Shown here one piece after another: positions 43,506 through 53,738 of a stretch of 64,000 nt of DNA. Below the pieces are notes generated by a model. The model ran no database searches. It saw nothing but the letters and a program-made list of their open reading frames with translations, and was not told the DNA's origin. Each line of letters begins with the position of its first letter. Positions within the stretch are counted from its first letter, which is position 1. Both the position numbers and the translations under genes were made by a program. Origin of the DNA: a virus (lineage: Duplodnaviria; Caudoviricetes). The stretch lies in IMG/VR virus record IMGVR_UViG_3300038393_001263, positions 1 through 64,000 of that record; one strand, 5' to 3'.

Positions 43506-44531
43506 ATGGCCAAGCTCTCTTCGAGCCCGTTCATCAGGTTCGCGTCCAGCGACGACCACTTCTTCGCGTCAGTCTACGTCGGACCGGACGCATCGAGCGG
43601 GCTCCGCGAGACGATGCATTCCGACGTCGGGATGCAGGTCGAGATCGACTTCCGCGTGCCGTGGACGCGGCGACTCCAATTCCTCTATATCCTGCGCGGC
43701 TCGTGCGGATTCGACGGCGACAACTACTGGCGTCAACTTCCTGTCTCGCTGCCGACGATCCTGTTCGATTCCGTCGCCGAGATGAACGAGAACGAGGACC
43801 AAGCCCCCTACGCATGGGATCGGTATTACTGTACCTCGATGGGCCAGGGTAGGCCGCTCAAGATGAGGACGTCGGACGACCAGGGCGAGCCGACCGGATG
43901 GATTGGATGGCCCTACGCCGAAGAGGTGATCATTCCGACCGTCTGGACGGTCCCAATGTATACCATCGCCGAGGACCCCTACGACCCCAAGACCGTGGGG
44001 ATGGATCCCAGCGGATTCCCCTATACGACGACCAGGTGGCGCACGACCGGCGAAATCTTCTCTCCTTATACAAACGCATATAAATTCGTTAACGACGTAA
44101 CGCCGGCCAACGAAGCCAACATCGGCATCCTCCGCGCCAAGACGGAGTTGTCGATCACCCGGCACTTCATGCCGTTCGTCGACACCGTCACCCTCGACGC
44201 GATGATCGGCAAGGTGAACCTTGATCCCATCCAGATCGGCTCCGATACGAACCCATTCGAGTCTATGCTCTACTTGGGATACGAGACGGAGCAGTACGCC
44301 AACCCCTCGAACGGCAAGATCGTCTACGACATCACCCACCGGATCATGGTGAACGGACCCGTGCTCGACAAGGACGGCAAGCCCCAGGAGTCGTGGAACT
44401 ACTACATGAATCGCAAGGGCTACTGGGACAAACTCGTGCTCAAGGACAACGAGACCCGCCGCGTCTACGACTCGACCGAATTCAAGTGCAAGATTTGGCC
44501 GGACTACGTCGACTGCGAGGACTCGCTGTGA
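43506..44531 (+). CDS. Putative distal tail/baseplate protein
   Basis: Directly follows TMP; aromatic and beta-rich. Confidence 0.6.
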   Translation: MAKLSSSPFIRFASSDDHFFASVYVGPDASSGLRETMHSDVGMQVEIDFRVPWTRRLQFLYILRGSCGFDGDNYWRQLPVSLPTILFDSVAEMNENEDQAPYAWDRYYCTSMGQGRPLKMRTSDDQGEPTGWIGWPYAEEVIIPTVWTVPMYTIAEDPYDPKTVGMDPSGFPYTTTRWRTTGEIFSPYTNAYKFVNDVTPANEANIGILRAKTELSITRHFMPFVDTVTLDAMIGKVNLDPIQIGSDTNPFESMLYLGYETEQYANPSNGKIVYDITHRIMVNGPVLDKDGKPQESWNYYMNRKGYWDKLVLKDNETRRVYDSTEFKCKIWPDYVDCEDSL

Positions 44532-44950
44532 TCGCCAAGCCGCAATTCAAGAAGGTTCGCAGGAGCAGCCCGTTCCGGCCCCTGTTCGACGACCTGAACC
44601 GCGCGATCGCCAACCAGAATCGGATGCCCGGAACCGGATTTGGCCTTCTCGGCAACGCGATCACGCGGACCAGCCAGGACTACATGGTGGGCGTCGTGTC
44701 CTCGTCGCCCGCCATCGGGGGCGCGACGGTCAACGACGACAAGACGCGCGACGTCGCGATGGGCGTCGCCATCGAACAGACGCTCGAAATCAAGGATTCG
44801 GCGTTCCGGTTGGTCCCGGCCGGCGACGAGGATACGGCCTCGTTCACCTGCTACAACTGGTCCCGCGATCCGATCGACCAGGACACGCTGATCATCTGCG
44901 AGAAGTATTTCGGCACGTGGGTCATCACCTGGGTTGAGTGCTCGTCTTAA
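44528..44950 (+). CDS. Putative tail protein
   Basis: GTGA overlap; ends GTWVITWVEC. Confidence 0.6.
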   Translation: MIAKPQFKKVRRSSPFRPLFDDLNRAIANQNRMPGTGFGLLGNAITRTSQDYMVGVVSSSPAIGGATVNDDKTRDVAMGVAIEQTLEIKDSAFRLVPAGDEDTASFTCYNWSRDPIDQDTLIICEKYFGTWVITWVECSS

Positions 44951-45204
44951 ACCGAAAGCAGATCGTCATGCAGATGCTCGCGAAATCTTCCTTCATCGGC
45001 GGTGCCGTCAAGGGAGACGATGAATCTCTGGTCCTCGGAATCGGGCACGCCTTCCCATTGGACCCGGAGACCGGAGCCGAGAAGTCGATCGATCCGATCC
45101 GGGTATGCAATGTGGATAAGTCGCAGATCGAGCCAGGATCGAAGGTCGTCCTGCGTCAAATCTGCGGCCACTGGTTCGTGACCGGCGTCGTACCTCCGTA
45201 TTAA
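44938..45204 (+). CDS. Hypothetical protein, weakly similar to the C-terminus of 44528..44950
   Basis: Ends ICGHWFVTGV; start uncertain. Confidence 0.4.
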   Translation: MLVLNRKQIVMQMLAKSSFIGGAVKGDDESLVLGIGHAFPLDPETGAEKSIDPIRVCNVDKSQIEPGSKVVLRQICGHWFVTGVVPPY

Positions 45205-45220
45205 CGAACGAGGTTTACTG

Positions 45221-46618
45221 TTGGGCATTCGCAACAGACAGGGTTGCTGCTGCGGGACGCCTCCCTGCGCCAACGCCTGTTCCGCGTGCGGCGGCGTCAC
45301 GCTGAAGAACGGCGTCGTGAAGGACGCGAACGGCGAATGGCCGCTCAAGCAGCCGAGCACGCCCGGCGCGGCCTGGAGGACGGCCGCGATCCCGTTCCAG
45401 ACCGATTCGTGGACGAACGGCGACTGCGTGCAGGCGAGCGGCCTGGCGTTCTACTACTACTACTTCGCCTGCGGGGCCGAGAAGACGCCGCAGGACGGGA
45501 CCGTCACGCTGAGCATCGGCTACTCGGCCGTGCCGTGCAGCGGGACCGCATTCTACACCGGGTCGAAGACGCCGGGCCTTGTTTTCGACAAGCAGTTGAC
45601 GCCCTCGCAGTTCACCTGCAACCCGCTCAAGGCGGCGGCCACCTTCGACTCGTACATGGGACTCGCGCCGCCTGCCCCCGAAGCGACCGTGACGCTGGAG
45701 ATCGACGACGACACCGGGAAATGCCAGTGCCGCCTGTGCGAGAACGACTCGTACGGCAGCGGCGACATGATCCTGACGTACCATATCAAGGAAGGCGACG
45801 CCGATCCGATCGACGGCACGCTGACGCTCAAGAAGACGATCCTCCCGTTCTCGCCGGTGCTGCCCTACGCCTGGACGGGGAACGTCGATTGGTGGACCGG
45901 GCCGTCGTGCTCGAATCCGACCGCCGACCCGAGCGGCGTCAACGTCTTCGCCCAATGCAGCAACCTGCAATTCCTGAAGTGGTGCGGCGGCGTCGATGAT
46001 GGCTACCGCACGGCCCCCGGCATCCAGAAGCCGGACGACGTCAACTTTACGCTCTACGGACCCGACGGCGACAAGCAGGGTTGGGCCAGACTGAAGGACG
46101 CGCCGCTCGACGCCCCCTGGGGCGCATGCTGCGACCCCTGCAACCTGCCGAGGGCGGATCTGACCGCCACGGCGACGTCGCATTCGGTGCAGACGGCCCC
46201 GCCCGGCCCGACGACGGACGAGACGATCTACAGTTTCGATCTCATCTACTCCGAGACGCCGTACGAAGTCCCCGTAGACATGTTCGACCCCACGACGATG
46301 GTCCCCGTCGGCCACTGGCGATCCGAGGCGACCGCAGTCGACCCCGGTCACGGCATCCCCAATCCCGCCGTCGCCTATGTCGTCTGCTCCAACGACGGCG
46401 TCGAGCTTCTCCTGACGGGAGTGTCGGAAGCATTTCCCTACGGGACGTCCGACAGCCTGTCGCCGTGGACTCCCCCCGAAGCCCTTGTCGCGACGACGGA
46501 TTCGACCTGCGATCCCCTGCATATCCACGAACGGTACTACGGGTGCGCCGCGCTTCCGTCGCCGCCTCGCGTGATCTGCGTCACCGTCGACACCTACCTT
46601 GACGAGTCCGAATCGTGA
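45221..46618 (+). CDS. Cys-rich putative tail-tip protein
   Basis: N-terminal GCCCG.PPC..AC..C and many further Cys. Confidence 0.65.
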   Translation: MGIRNRQGCCCGTPPCANACSACGGVTLKNGVVKDANGEWPLKQPSTPGAAWRTAAIPFQTDSWTNGDCVQASGLAFYYYYFACGAEKTPQDGTVTLSIGYSAVPCSGTAFYTGSKTPGLVFDKQLTPSQFTCNPLKAAATFDSYMGLAPPAPEATVTLEIDDDTGKCQCRLCENDSYGSGDMILTYHIKEGDADPIDGTLTLKKTILPFSPVLPYAWTGNVDWWTGPSCSNPTADPSGVNVFAQCSNLQFLKWCGGVDDGYRTAPGIQKPDDVNFTLYGPDGDKQGWARLKDAPLDAPWGACCDPCNLPRADLTATATSHSVQTAPPGPTTDETIYSFDLIYSETPYEVPVDMFDPTTMVPVGHWRSEATAVDPGHGIPNPAVAYVVCSNDGVELLLTGVSEAFPYGTSDSLSPWTPPEALVATTDSTCDPLHIHERYYGCAALPSPPRVICVTVDTYLDESES

Positions 46619-46974
46619 AATGCCCCCACTGCCCCGTCCCCGACGGCGAAGGGTGTCGGTCCTACGCGAAGTTGTGCGAGAACCTGGCGAAGAACCCGTC
46701 GCGATGGCGTCCCGTCCTCGATCGCGTCAACGCCCCGCTCGAACCGTCGCCGCATTCGACGCCGATCGGCTACGCGCTGGAATCCGCCGTCGGCTTCGTC
46801 AAGTCGCGCGGTGCGGCTTCCGGCGATGACGAGGCCGAGAGGCGACACGCGATCTGCCGGTCGTGCCCGCACGATCTCTATGTCCCGGCGACCGACAAGT
46901 GCAAGAAATGCTCCTGCACAATGCGCAGGAAAGTTCGCGGCCTGGGTTTCAAGTGCCCGATGGGGGAGTGGTGA
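46615..46974 (+). CDS. Cys-rich small protein
   Basis: CPHC; RRHAICRSCP, CKKCSC and KCPMGEW. Confidence 0.65.
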   Translation: MKCPHCPVPDGEGCRSYAKLCENLAKNPSRWRPVLDRVNAPLEPSPHSTPIGYALESAVGFVKSRGAASGDDEAERRHAICRSCPHDLYVPATDKCKKCSCTMRRKVRGLGFKCPMGEW

Positions 46975-46977
46975 TCC

Positions 46978-47508
46978 ATGCCGTTTTTCAAGACCGGCCC
47001 CGCCGTCGATCGCGTGTCCGGCAAGAGCGGCTACATCCAGGTCATGGAGAACGACCAGGCGATCCCTGTTCGGCTTCCGTTCTTCTTCTGGACCGCGCGG
47101 ACGACCATTCAGTTCGCCGACCGGACGAGCAGTGTCCACTACAGCCAGGACGCCAAGTTGGTATTCGCGTCCAGTATTCCGACCGCAATGTCGATGTCCG
47201 GCGTCGTCCGGGGCCGATACCGCCGCAGCGCGACGCCGAAGCACGTCATTCAGCAATTGTTCAAGGGACGAACGCCGTTCCGCATGGAACTCGGCTTCAG
47301 CCCGAACGACAAATACGTGGACCTCTACGCCTGGATCACGGAGTTCGAGATTCAGGTCGGCCTGGACGACGTCGTCGAGTTCTCGTGTTCGTTTCGGAGC
47401 GAGGGCGAGATCACCGACCTGACGAACCAAGACGAGTCGGAAGCGCCGGAAAACCCGGACGATCCTGGCGATCCGGAGGCTGATCCCGAGGACGATCTTG
47501 GGTCTTAG
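46978..47508 (+). CDS. Tail-tube-like paralog
   Basis: WITEFEIQVGLDDVVEFSCSFRSEG matches ITDYNQDSPLEDVVSFTCNIRSNG of 40806..41228. Confidence 0.65.
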   Translation: MPFFKTGPAVDRVSGKSGYIQVMENDQAIPVRLPFFFWTARTTIQFADRTSSVHYSQDAKLVFASSIPTAMSMSGVVRGRYRRSATPKHVIQQLFKGRTPFRMELGFSPNDKYVDLYAWITEFEIQVGLDDVVEFSCSFRSEGEITDLTNQDESEAPENPDDPGDPEADPEDDLGS

Positions 47509-48052
47509 ATTCTTTAAGAAGTTGTTCTTTCAACGTCGGCTCCCTCGGCGGCGCCGGCTTGACCTGGGCCTGCGAGTCCTCGGGGGTCTTGCGATAGCGG
47601 AACCGGCGCGAGAGTTTATTGTCGAGGACCAAGTATTTCGGCGTGAACCTGGTCTGGTTTCGCGCCCAATCAGGAACGTCGCCGATAAACCAGCGGTTCA
47701 TTCCGTCCTTGACGTGATCGTGTTTCAGGGCGATCTCGGGGTGGTCCGTGATATACTTGAGAATGGACGTCTTCACCTTATAGGTTTCGCCAACGCGAGC
47801 CAGAGCCATTGAGGCCAAGTACTTCTCGCACTCCTCTTCTTCGCGGGCGAGGAACTTTCGCCGCTCTATGCTCAACTTGATGATCGTCTTCGACGGGAAC
47901 CTGACTTTCGTCTCCGCTTTCGCCCACGCCTTGGCCGAAAGCGCCGCCTCGTAAATCTGCCTGATCTTCACGCCGTCCATCTTCGCGACGGCCTTGGCCT
48001 CGCTCGTCGTCTGCCCAGCCAACCCGACCACGAGCGCCAGCGTCCACATCAT
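47411..48052 (-). CDS. Putative exported hypothetical protein
   Basis: Signal-peptide-like MMWTLALVVGLAGQ; GGAGG leader; the 3' end overlaps 46978..47508. Confidence 0.5.
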   Translation of the reverse strand: MMWTLALVVGLAGQTTSEAKAVAKMDGVKIRQIYEAALSAKAWAKAETKVRFPSKTIIKLSIERRKFLAREEEECEKYLASMALARVGETYKVKTSILKYITDHPEIALKHDHVKDGMNRWFIGDVPDWARNQTRFTPKYLVLDNKLSRRFRYRKTPEDSQAQVKPAPPREPTLKEQLLKESKTQDRPRDQPPDRQDRPGFPALPTRLGSSGR

Positions 48053-48082
48053 CGCTCGATTCCTCCCTCTTGGTGGAATGCC

Positions 48083-48364
48083 ATGACCGAACGAGGCCGG
48101 ATGATCCGCCGTCTCCAGCGGGCGATCGCCGCGTCCAGCAACCCCAACATCTCGAAGCGGGCTCGGCACACCGCCGCCCGCCGCGCCGCCGCATTGGCGG
48201 AAGGTTTAGGCTTGATAGACCGCCCTGCGGTTTGTCAAGCCTGTTTTCATTCTAGGACGCTTTTCCGCCATCATCCAGACCATTCCCATCCGATCGCCGT
48301 CGTGTTCCTTTGCGAAGACTGCCACCGCCGGGCCGACATCCTCCAGAAGCGAAAGGGCGCATAG
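48083..48364 (+). CDS. Small HNH endonuclease-like protein
   Basis: CQAC...HHPDHSHP..V.FLCEDCHRRAD. Confidence 0.65.
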   Translation: MTERGRMIRRLQRAIAASSNPNISKRARHTAARRAAALAEGLGLIDRPAVCQACFHSRTLFRHHPDHSHPIAVVFLCEDCHRRADILQKRKGA

Positions 48365-48655
48365 ATGAAAGACGCGAGCGAGACCCCGCGCAGCGACCTC
48401 CCCGAAGGCGTCGAGCCCGTGGGCGACGAGTGCTTCGACGCGAACGAGGCCCACATCGAGAACCAGATCAGCGACCGGCTCTGGATTCGCTCGATCGCCA
48501 TGCTGATCGAGACCGTCGCCGGCTCCAAGTGCGACGTGTCGCCTCGCATCAAGTGCTCGATCGAGGACATGGTCATCGCGGGGTGCGAGCGCGCCGCACG
48601 CATCTTCCGCGCCGATCTCCCGGAATTCGACATTGACGACCCCGATGGGTATTGA
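48365..48655 (+). CDS. Acidic hypothetical protein
   Basis: Adjacent ORF with phage-like codon usage. Confidence 0.5.
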   Translation: MKDASETPRSDLPEGVEPVGDECFDANEAHIENQISDRLWIRSIAMLIETVAGSKCDVSPRIKCSIEDMVIAGCERAARIFRADLPEFDIDDPDGY

Positions 48656-48729
48656 CGTACAGTGTCGTGCTCACGCACAATATCAATGACGTTTAGTATT
48701 GATTTTGTTTTCCATCGGAGGCTGGCGAC

Positions 48730-50034
48730 GTGGCTCGGCTCACACCCGAACAGAAGGCGGTCCTGCGGAAGTGCCGCAGCGAGAAGATGGCGTGCCGACC
48801 GGCCGGCGAACTGGCCGGCTGCGCGGCGAGCACGGCGCTGGCCTATTTCCACTGGCTGGAACGGAACGAACTGATCGACGAGGCCCCGGCGGCCCCCGCC
48901 CGCACGAAGTTCAAGGTCGTCGAATCGAGCGACGGGCAGACCATCGAGGGGATCAGCCCGACGCGGATCAGGACGCTGGAAGACGCGATCGCCTTCGCCG
49001 AGGTCGACACCAAGGTCTGGCGCGTCAAGACCTGGGAATGCACGTCCTGGGAAGTCGTCATGAAGATGAAGGGCGGCAAGGATCAGCCCGACCAGGCCGA
49101 GCGGCACGGGCTCTGGCGCGTGTCGCTGAAACTCGAACGCCTCGCGCCCAAATTCATCCTCGACGGCCTGGACGCCATCTTCGACAGGATGAAGGACGCG
49201 GCGAAAGGTTATCACTTCGACCTGCCGCACGTCGCCCCGCGCGAGACGGGCGGGACGATGATGGAGATCAACATCCCCGACCTGCACCTCGGCAAGCTCT
49301 GCTGGGCTCCCGAGACAGGCGGCGACTACGACCTCAAGATCGCCGAGGAGGTCTACGATCAGACGGTCGTCGACCTGCTCAAGCACGCGAAGACCTACGA
49401 CCCCGAACAGATCGTCTTCCTGCTGGGCTCCGACTTCTTCCACTACGACACGCCGGCCGGCACGACGACCGCCGGGACGCCGCTCGACCGCGACGGGCGG
49501 CTCGCCAAGATGTTCGAGATCGGCTTCCAGATGCAGAATCGGTCGATCCGCCGCGCCCTCGCCGCAGCCCGTCGCGTGAAGGCCGTCCTGATGCCGGGCA
49601 ACCACGACGCCGTCTCGTCGTTCTGCCTGGCCCGCGCCGTCGCGGCGCAGTTCCACATGGACGATCGCGTTTCCGTCGACTACGGGCCTTGCGTCCGCAA
49701 GTACGTCCAGTACGGCGTCAATCTGATCGGCCTCGCCCACGGCAATGGCGTCAAGAGGGCCGATCTGCCCCTGATCATGGCCACCGAACGGCCGAAGGAG
49801 TGGGCCGCGACGACGTGCCGGGAATGGCATCTCGGCCACCTCCATACGTCCAAGGCGTTCGAGACCAAGACGGTCGACGAGCACAAGGGGGTGATCGTGA
49901 GGATCATCTCGTCGCTTTCCGGCACCGACGCCTGGCATTATGAGAACGGATACGTCGGGAACCGTCGGGCGGGCGAAGCCTTCGTGTACGAGAAGGATCG
50001 CGGGTTCGTCGCCAACCTCGTCGCGGCGGCGTAA
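48730..50034 (+). CDS. Calcineurin-like metallophosphoesterase with N-terminal HTH-like region
   Basis: IPDLHLG, GSDFFHYD, PGNHD, AHG and WHLGHLH. Confidence 0.85.
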   Translation: MARLTPEQKAVLRKCRSEKMACRPAGELAGCAASTALAYFHWLERNELIDEAPAAPARTKFKVVESSDGQTIEGISPTRIRTLEDAIAFAEVDTKVWRVKTWECTSWEVVMKMKGGKDQPDQAERHGLWRVSLKLERLAPKFILDGLDAIFDRMKDAAKGYHFDLPHVAPRETGGTMMEINIPDLHLGKLCWAPETGGDYDLKIAEEVYDQTVVDLLKHAKTYDPEQIVFLLGSDFFHYDTPAGTTTAGTPLDRDGRLAKMFEIGFQMQNRSIRRALAAARRVKAVLMPGNHDAVSSFCLARAVAAQFHMDDRVSVDYGPCVRKYVQYGVNLIGLAHGNGVKRADLPLIMATERPKEWAATTCREWHLGHLHTSKAFETKTVDEHKGVIVRIISSLSGTDAWHYENGYVGNRRAGEAFVYEKDRGFVANLVAAA

Positions 50035-50342
50035 GAACCCTCCGAAAACGCCTGGAACATCCGCGCCCCGGCCATAACGTTCCCCTCCCGCCCTCGCCGA
50101 CAAGCCCAAATCGGCATTTTTCTTGAAAATTTCACGCGAGATCCACGACGCGCGTCGGACGCCCTAAAGGGTTAGTGATCAATGATCTGCAACGCGGGTC
50201 GCGATCATTGACGGGGGCCGAAATAGGCGATATCCCCCTTGCAAAGCATCACGACCGCTTGCATCGTGAGTCGGTTTATATTAGTCTCTCCGAGTCTGAT
50301 CAATCATTTCCCCTGCACGACGCAACAACGGAGGATACGTGG

Positions 50343-50648
50343 ATGGGGGCGATCGGTGTGAAGGCTCGGGGCGAAGAGGCTCAGGGGTTGGAATACTGGC
50401 GTCGCGAGGCGGCAACGTGGGAAGAAAGGGCGACGATGCTCGAAGAAGAGATCGCCGCCCTCAAGCAGCCGCTTCGGCTGGTCTTCCGCAGTCTCGTGGA
50501 CGGCGAGATCGTGAGCCGGGACGTGGTGAAGGCTGGAGAGGAGTTCTGGCCGGGCATGCAGGAGAAATACCCCTACCTGAAGGATTGGTCCTACGAGGTC
50601 GACTCAGGAATGGTCTACGCCGTTAACCCAATCCTTGAAGCTGACTGA
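50343..50648 (+). CDS. Hypothetical protein
   Basis: GGAGG upstream; coiled-coil segment. Confidence 0.5.
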   Translation: MGAIGVKARGEEAQGLEYWRREAATWEERATMLEEEIAALKQPLRLVFRSLVDGEIVSRDVVKAGEEFWPGMQEKYPYLKDWSYEVDSGMVYAVNPILEAD

Positions 50649-51059
50649 ACTGCTCATGTCGTAGGGCAGTTTCAGGGTCCGCAGTTTCTTCTCCTTCTTC
50701 GGCGGCGGCAGCGCCCTCTTCGGGTCTTCCGCCGCTTCCGCTTTCCCGGCGAGCGTGAGCGCCTTGACGGGCCGCGCCGGCTTGACGTCCTCGCGGGCTA
50801 TATCCCGGTTCAGCCGCCTCGCCCCGCTGTCCACGAGCGACGCGAGCACGCCGATCCGCTTCATCTCGCTCCAGTCGACGACCCCCTCGGCCTCGGCCTC
50901 GTACAATCCGACGACCAGGCTGTTGACCAATGCCTGGATCGTAAACTTGCTGCCGTGCCAGTCCCTTCGCCGGTTGGTCGAGTCGACGAGTTCGTCCAGC
51001 ATCTTCTTGACATGGGCGAACATTTTCACCTGGAGCGGCTTCTCGCTTTTCCAATGCAT
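50604..51059 (-). CDS. Putative ribbon-helix-helix-like regulator
   Basis: LQVKMFAHVKKMLDELV strand-helix pattern; GAGG upstream; divergent from the 51382 operon. Confidence 0.45.
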   Translation of the reverse strand: MHWKSEKPLQVKMFAHVKKMLDELVDSTNRRRDWHGSKFTIQALVNSLVVGLYEAEAEGVVDWSEMKRIGVLASLVDSGARRLNRDIAREDVKPARPVKALTLAGKAEAAEDPKRALPPPKKEKKLRTLKLPYDMSSSVSFKDWVNGVDHS

Positions 51060-51113
51060 TCAGATTTCCCCCTCGGTTGAATCATTTTCTCTTCAATGAT
51101 GATGCCAAAAGCA

Positions 51114-51142
51114 TTGACAGGCATCATTGAAATTTGTAATAT
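51114..51142 (+). promoter_or_regulatory. Putative sigma70 promoter with overlapping inverted repeat
   Basis: TTGACA-N17-TAATAT; TCAATGATG (51093) and CATCATTGA (51122) flank the -35. Confidence 0.65.
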
Positions 51143-51381
51143 CGACTTCGGGTGGCGACGACTGCCGCCGGACTGCCCGATTCGACCCGCACCGACGATT
51201 TACGCTCGCCGGGGCGCCGTGGGTCCGCACAGGCCCCACGTACCATACTCCTCCCACATAGGCAACCTTACTATCTGGGTAGGTCGAATTTCAAGAGCGA
51301 GCCGGCGAAAATCGTGGCGAATCCCATTGTTTTTGTGAAACAGTCTAAGAAGAACAGCATTCGTCGGGAGTTAAACTCAAA

Positions 51382-51747
51382 ATGAGGATTGGGAGACACG
51401 CCGTCGATTTCGGGGCGCTCCAGGCCATCGACGACGGCAAGTTGAATCTCGTGCTCCAGAAGCATTTGCAGAGGGCGTGCCAAGACTGCCAGGATCGCCC
51501 CAACGACAACAAGCCCCGGAAGGTGACGGTCGAGATCGGCTTCACCCCGATCATTGAGCAGGACGGCGACGCCTGCGACGCATGGATGCAGGTCAAGCTC
51601 AAGAGCAGCATCCCCGACCACCAATCCAAGCCGTATTCGGTCGGACTCCAGAAGAACGGCCAGTTCGTCTATTCGCCGAATTCCCTGAACAACGTCAATC
51701 AGGAAACCTTCGGCTACGACGACGACTATGACGGAGACGATCAATGA
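51382..51747 (+). CDS. Conserved phage hypothetical protein (usual partner of DUF2303-like genes)
   Basis: RKVTVEIGFTP motif; GGGAG upstream. Confidence 0.65.
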   Translation: MRIGRHAVDFGALQAIDDGKLNLVLQKHLQRACQDCQDRPNDNKPRKVTVEIGFTPIIEQDGDACDAWMQVKLKSSIPDHQSKPYSVGLQKNGQFVYSPNSLNNVNQETFGYDDDYDGDDQ

Positions 51748-52505
51748 TTCGTGACGCGCTGGAATTGGTGGGCGGACTGAAGGCGGAATCGCTGTGCCCG
51801 AAGACCGTCCACGAGACGCGGACGCAGAGGTACGTCAAGCTCGGCGACGACATCGTCCCGTACGCCAAGGATCTCCCCGCGCGGGACCATGACGTCGACA
51901 TTCTGAACGACCTGATCGCTTTGGCGAACCGCTTCCACGAGGACGACCATCAGCCCGTCGTCTGGTTCAACGAAGACACGGTCGTGCTCGTCGTCAATGA
52001 CGAGGGGGATCGCGCGGACGTCGCCACGATGAAACTGGAACGGAGCGATCTGTTCAAGGCGATCTCGAACCTGAACCCGGCGACGTGGTATCAGCCCAAG
52101 GATTTCGTCCGTCTGCTGCGGATCACGCTGTACGGGGCTCTGGAGCCGTCCGTGCTGCTCGATCCGGTGCGGAAGGTGAAGTTCGAGACGACGTCATCGG
52201 CTAGCTCCGAGAACGCTCGCACTCGCGAGAGCGTCGACAAGAGCATCCTCAACAGTATCTCGTCGGCGTCCGCGCTGCCCGAGTACGTGACGTTGACGCT
52301 CCCGGTCTACGTCAACCCCGGCGCGAACATCAAGGTTTCGGTCGTGGCTGCGGTCGAGATCGATTACACGCGCCAGGCGTTCCAGCTCGTCATCCTCCCC
52401 GACGAACTGGAGAACGCGAAGGATACGGTCATGCGGCATCTGGCCGACGTGCTGGGAGCCCAACTCGACGACGGCGTCCTGGCCTACCAGGGCTCGCCGT
52501 CCTGA
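51744..52505 (+). CDS. DUF2303/YfdQ-like protein
   Basis: WYQPKDFVRLLR and LPEYVTLTLPVY; gene pair context. Confidence 0.55.
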   Translation: MIRDALELVGGLKAESLCPKTVHETRTQRYVKLGDDIVPYAKDLPARDHDVDILNDLIALANRFHEDDHQPVVWFNEDTVVLVVNDEGDRADVATMKLERSDLFKAISNLNPATWYQPKDFVRLLRITLYGALEPSVLLDPVRKVKFETTSSASSENARTRESVDKSILNSISSASALPEYVTLTLPVYVNPGANIKVSVVAAVEIDYTRQAFQLVILPDELENAKDTVMRHLADVLGAQLDDGVLAYQGSPS

Positions 52506-52593
52506 TCATCCGAACCGCTCGCCCTGCGATGGAGCGCGGGGCGGGATCATTGACGAGGAAGCCAGGGTATCAATGATGGGAAGGTGAGGTCTC

Positions 52594-52803
52594 ATGAATT
52601 TCCTTGCCGGCGCGATGATGGGCAGTTCGACGGCGTTCCTGGTCGTCTTGTTGATGATCTCGGGATCGTTCAACGGGGTCGCGAAGAGGCTGGAATGGCT
52701 CGAAGCGACGGTTCGGGAGTTTCAGAAACGCGATCCCCGCGACGAGGCCGATTGGTGGAAGTCGGGCGCGGGCGAAGAAGAGGATGGTCCTGATGATTAT
52801 TGA
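52594..52803 (+). CDS. Small membrane protein
   Basis: TM helix; GAGG upstream. Confidence 0.45.
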   Translation: MNFLAGAMMGSSTAFLVVLLMISGSFNGVAKRLEWLEATVREFQKRDPRDEADWWKSGAGEEEDGPDDY

Positions 52804-52987
52804 AACGGCGGAAGAACGCAAGGCGCGGCGGTCGCGCAAGTGGATTCGCGAGTATCGCCGGGCGTGGGCGAACATCGCGGCCATGCCGACGCTGGACGAG
52901 GAAGGTCGTTCCTCGCTAGATACGGCCAAGGAACGGAATGGGCGGGTCATCGAGAAGAAGCCGGTGAAGCGTAAGCAGGCGTCGTAA
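52784..52987 (+). CDS. Basic hypothetical protein
   Basis: Arg/Lys-rich; overlaps the upstream gene. Confidence 0.4.
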   Translation: MVLMIIETAEERKARRSRKWIREYRRAWANIAAMPTLDEEGRSSLDTAKERNGRVIEKKPVKRKQAS

Positions 52988-53005
52988 AGTCAGGGGACCG
53001 CCGTC

Positions 53006-53236
53006 ATGCAGTGTTCGGAGAAGATCCGCTATTTGTTCCACAAAGACGCCGTGAAGGCTGCGGACAGGACTAGGATGGCGAGCCAGTACAGCAAGGAAGC
53101 CGCGAGGGCTGCGGAGAGTCTGGAAGCGTACAAATGCTCGCGATGCACGTTCTGGCACGTCGGGCATCGCCCTTTGGATATGCGTGAAAGCTGCTATCAA
53201 ATCCTCAAGAAAAACCCATTGGTCGGCGTCGCCTAG
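53006..53236 (+). CDS. Small Zn-binding hypothetical protein
   Basis: AYKCSRCTFWHVGH motif. Confidence 0.55.
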   Translation: MQCSEKIRYLFHKDAVKAADRTRMASQYSKEAARAAESLEAYKCSRCTFWHVGHRPLDMRESCYQILKKNPLVGVA

Positions 53237-53643
53237 AAACCCCGAAAATCATCGTCCACCGGCTTCCTCAGCAAGCCGCTCAGGTAGCTGCCCAGAGACA
53301 CGTTCTTTTGGGCAGCGTTTTTTTGCGCCTGCTGCACGATGAAGCGGTCGATCGGCACGTTGATATCGTTTCTCGGCGTATCCGCCGCCGCCAGGTCCAG
53401 CGTCGCGTGCTTGGCGATGAACTTCCGCAACACCGGCTCGTCGCGAAACCACTCGTTGACGTGGTGGATCGCCTTGAACAGTCGGTGCAGGGCGCGTTCC
53501 TCGAAGTTGTCCTCCGAGACGACGCCGAGGATTTCCAGCGGCTCCTTATGCTCGTAGCAGAGCCGGTCGTACCGCGATCGGAAGTAGTTCGTCCGGCCGA
53601 TCTTGACGAGGTTCTTCGACGGCGAGCGCAGAAAGTAGATCAC
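53233..53643 (-). CDS. T5orf172/MUG113 (GIY-YIG-like) domain protein with C-terminal RHH-like segment
   Basis: MIYFLR...VKIGRT, ERALHRLF and EWF; INVPID...NVSLGSYLSGLL; GGGAGG upstream. Confidence 0.75.
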   Translation of the reverse strand: MIYFLRSPSKNLVKIGRTNYFRSRYDRLCYEHKEPLEILGVVSEDNFEERALHRLFKAIHHVNEWFRDEPVLRKFIAKHATLDLAAADTPRNDINVPIDRFIVQQAQKNAAQKNVSLGSYLSGLLRKPVDDDFRGF

Positions 53644-53738
53644 GCCTCCCTCCTTTCAAGGAAATCCTAGCCTACGTCGCGATTCGAAATCAAGGTCCGT
53701 CCCGAAGCCGCCTCGCCCAGAATCATTGATAATTGGCA

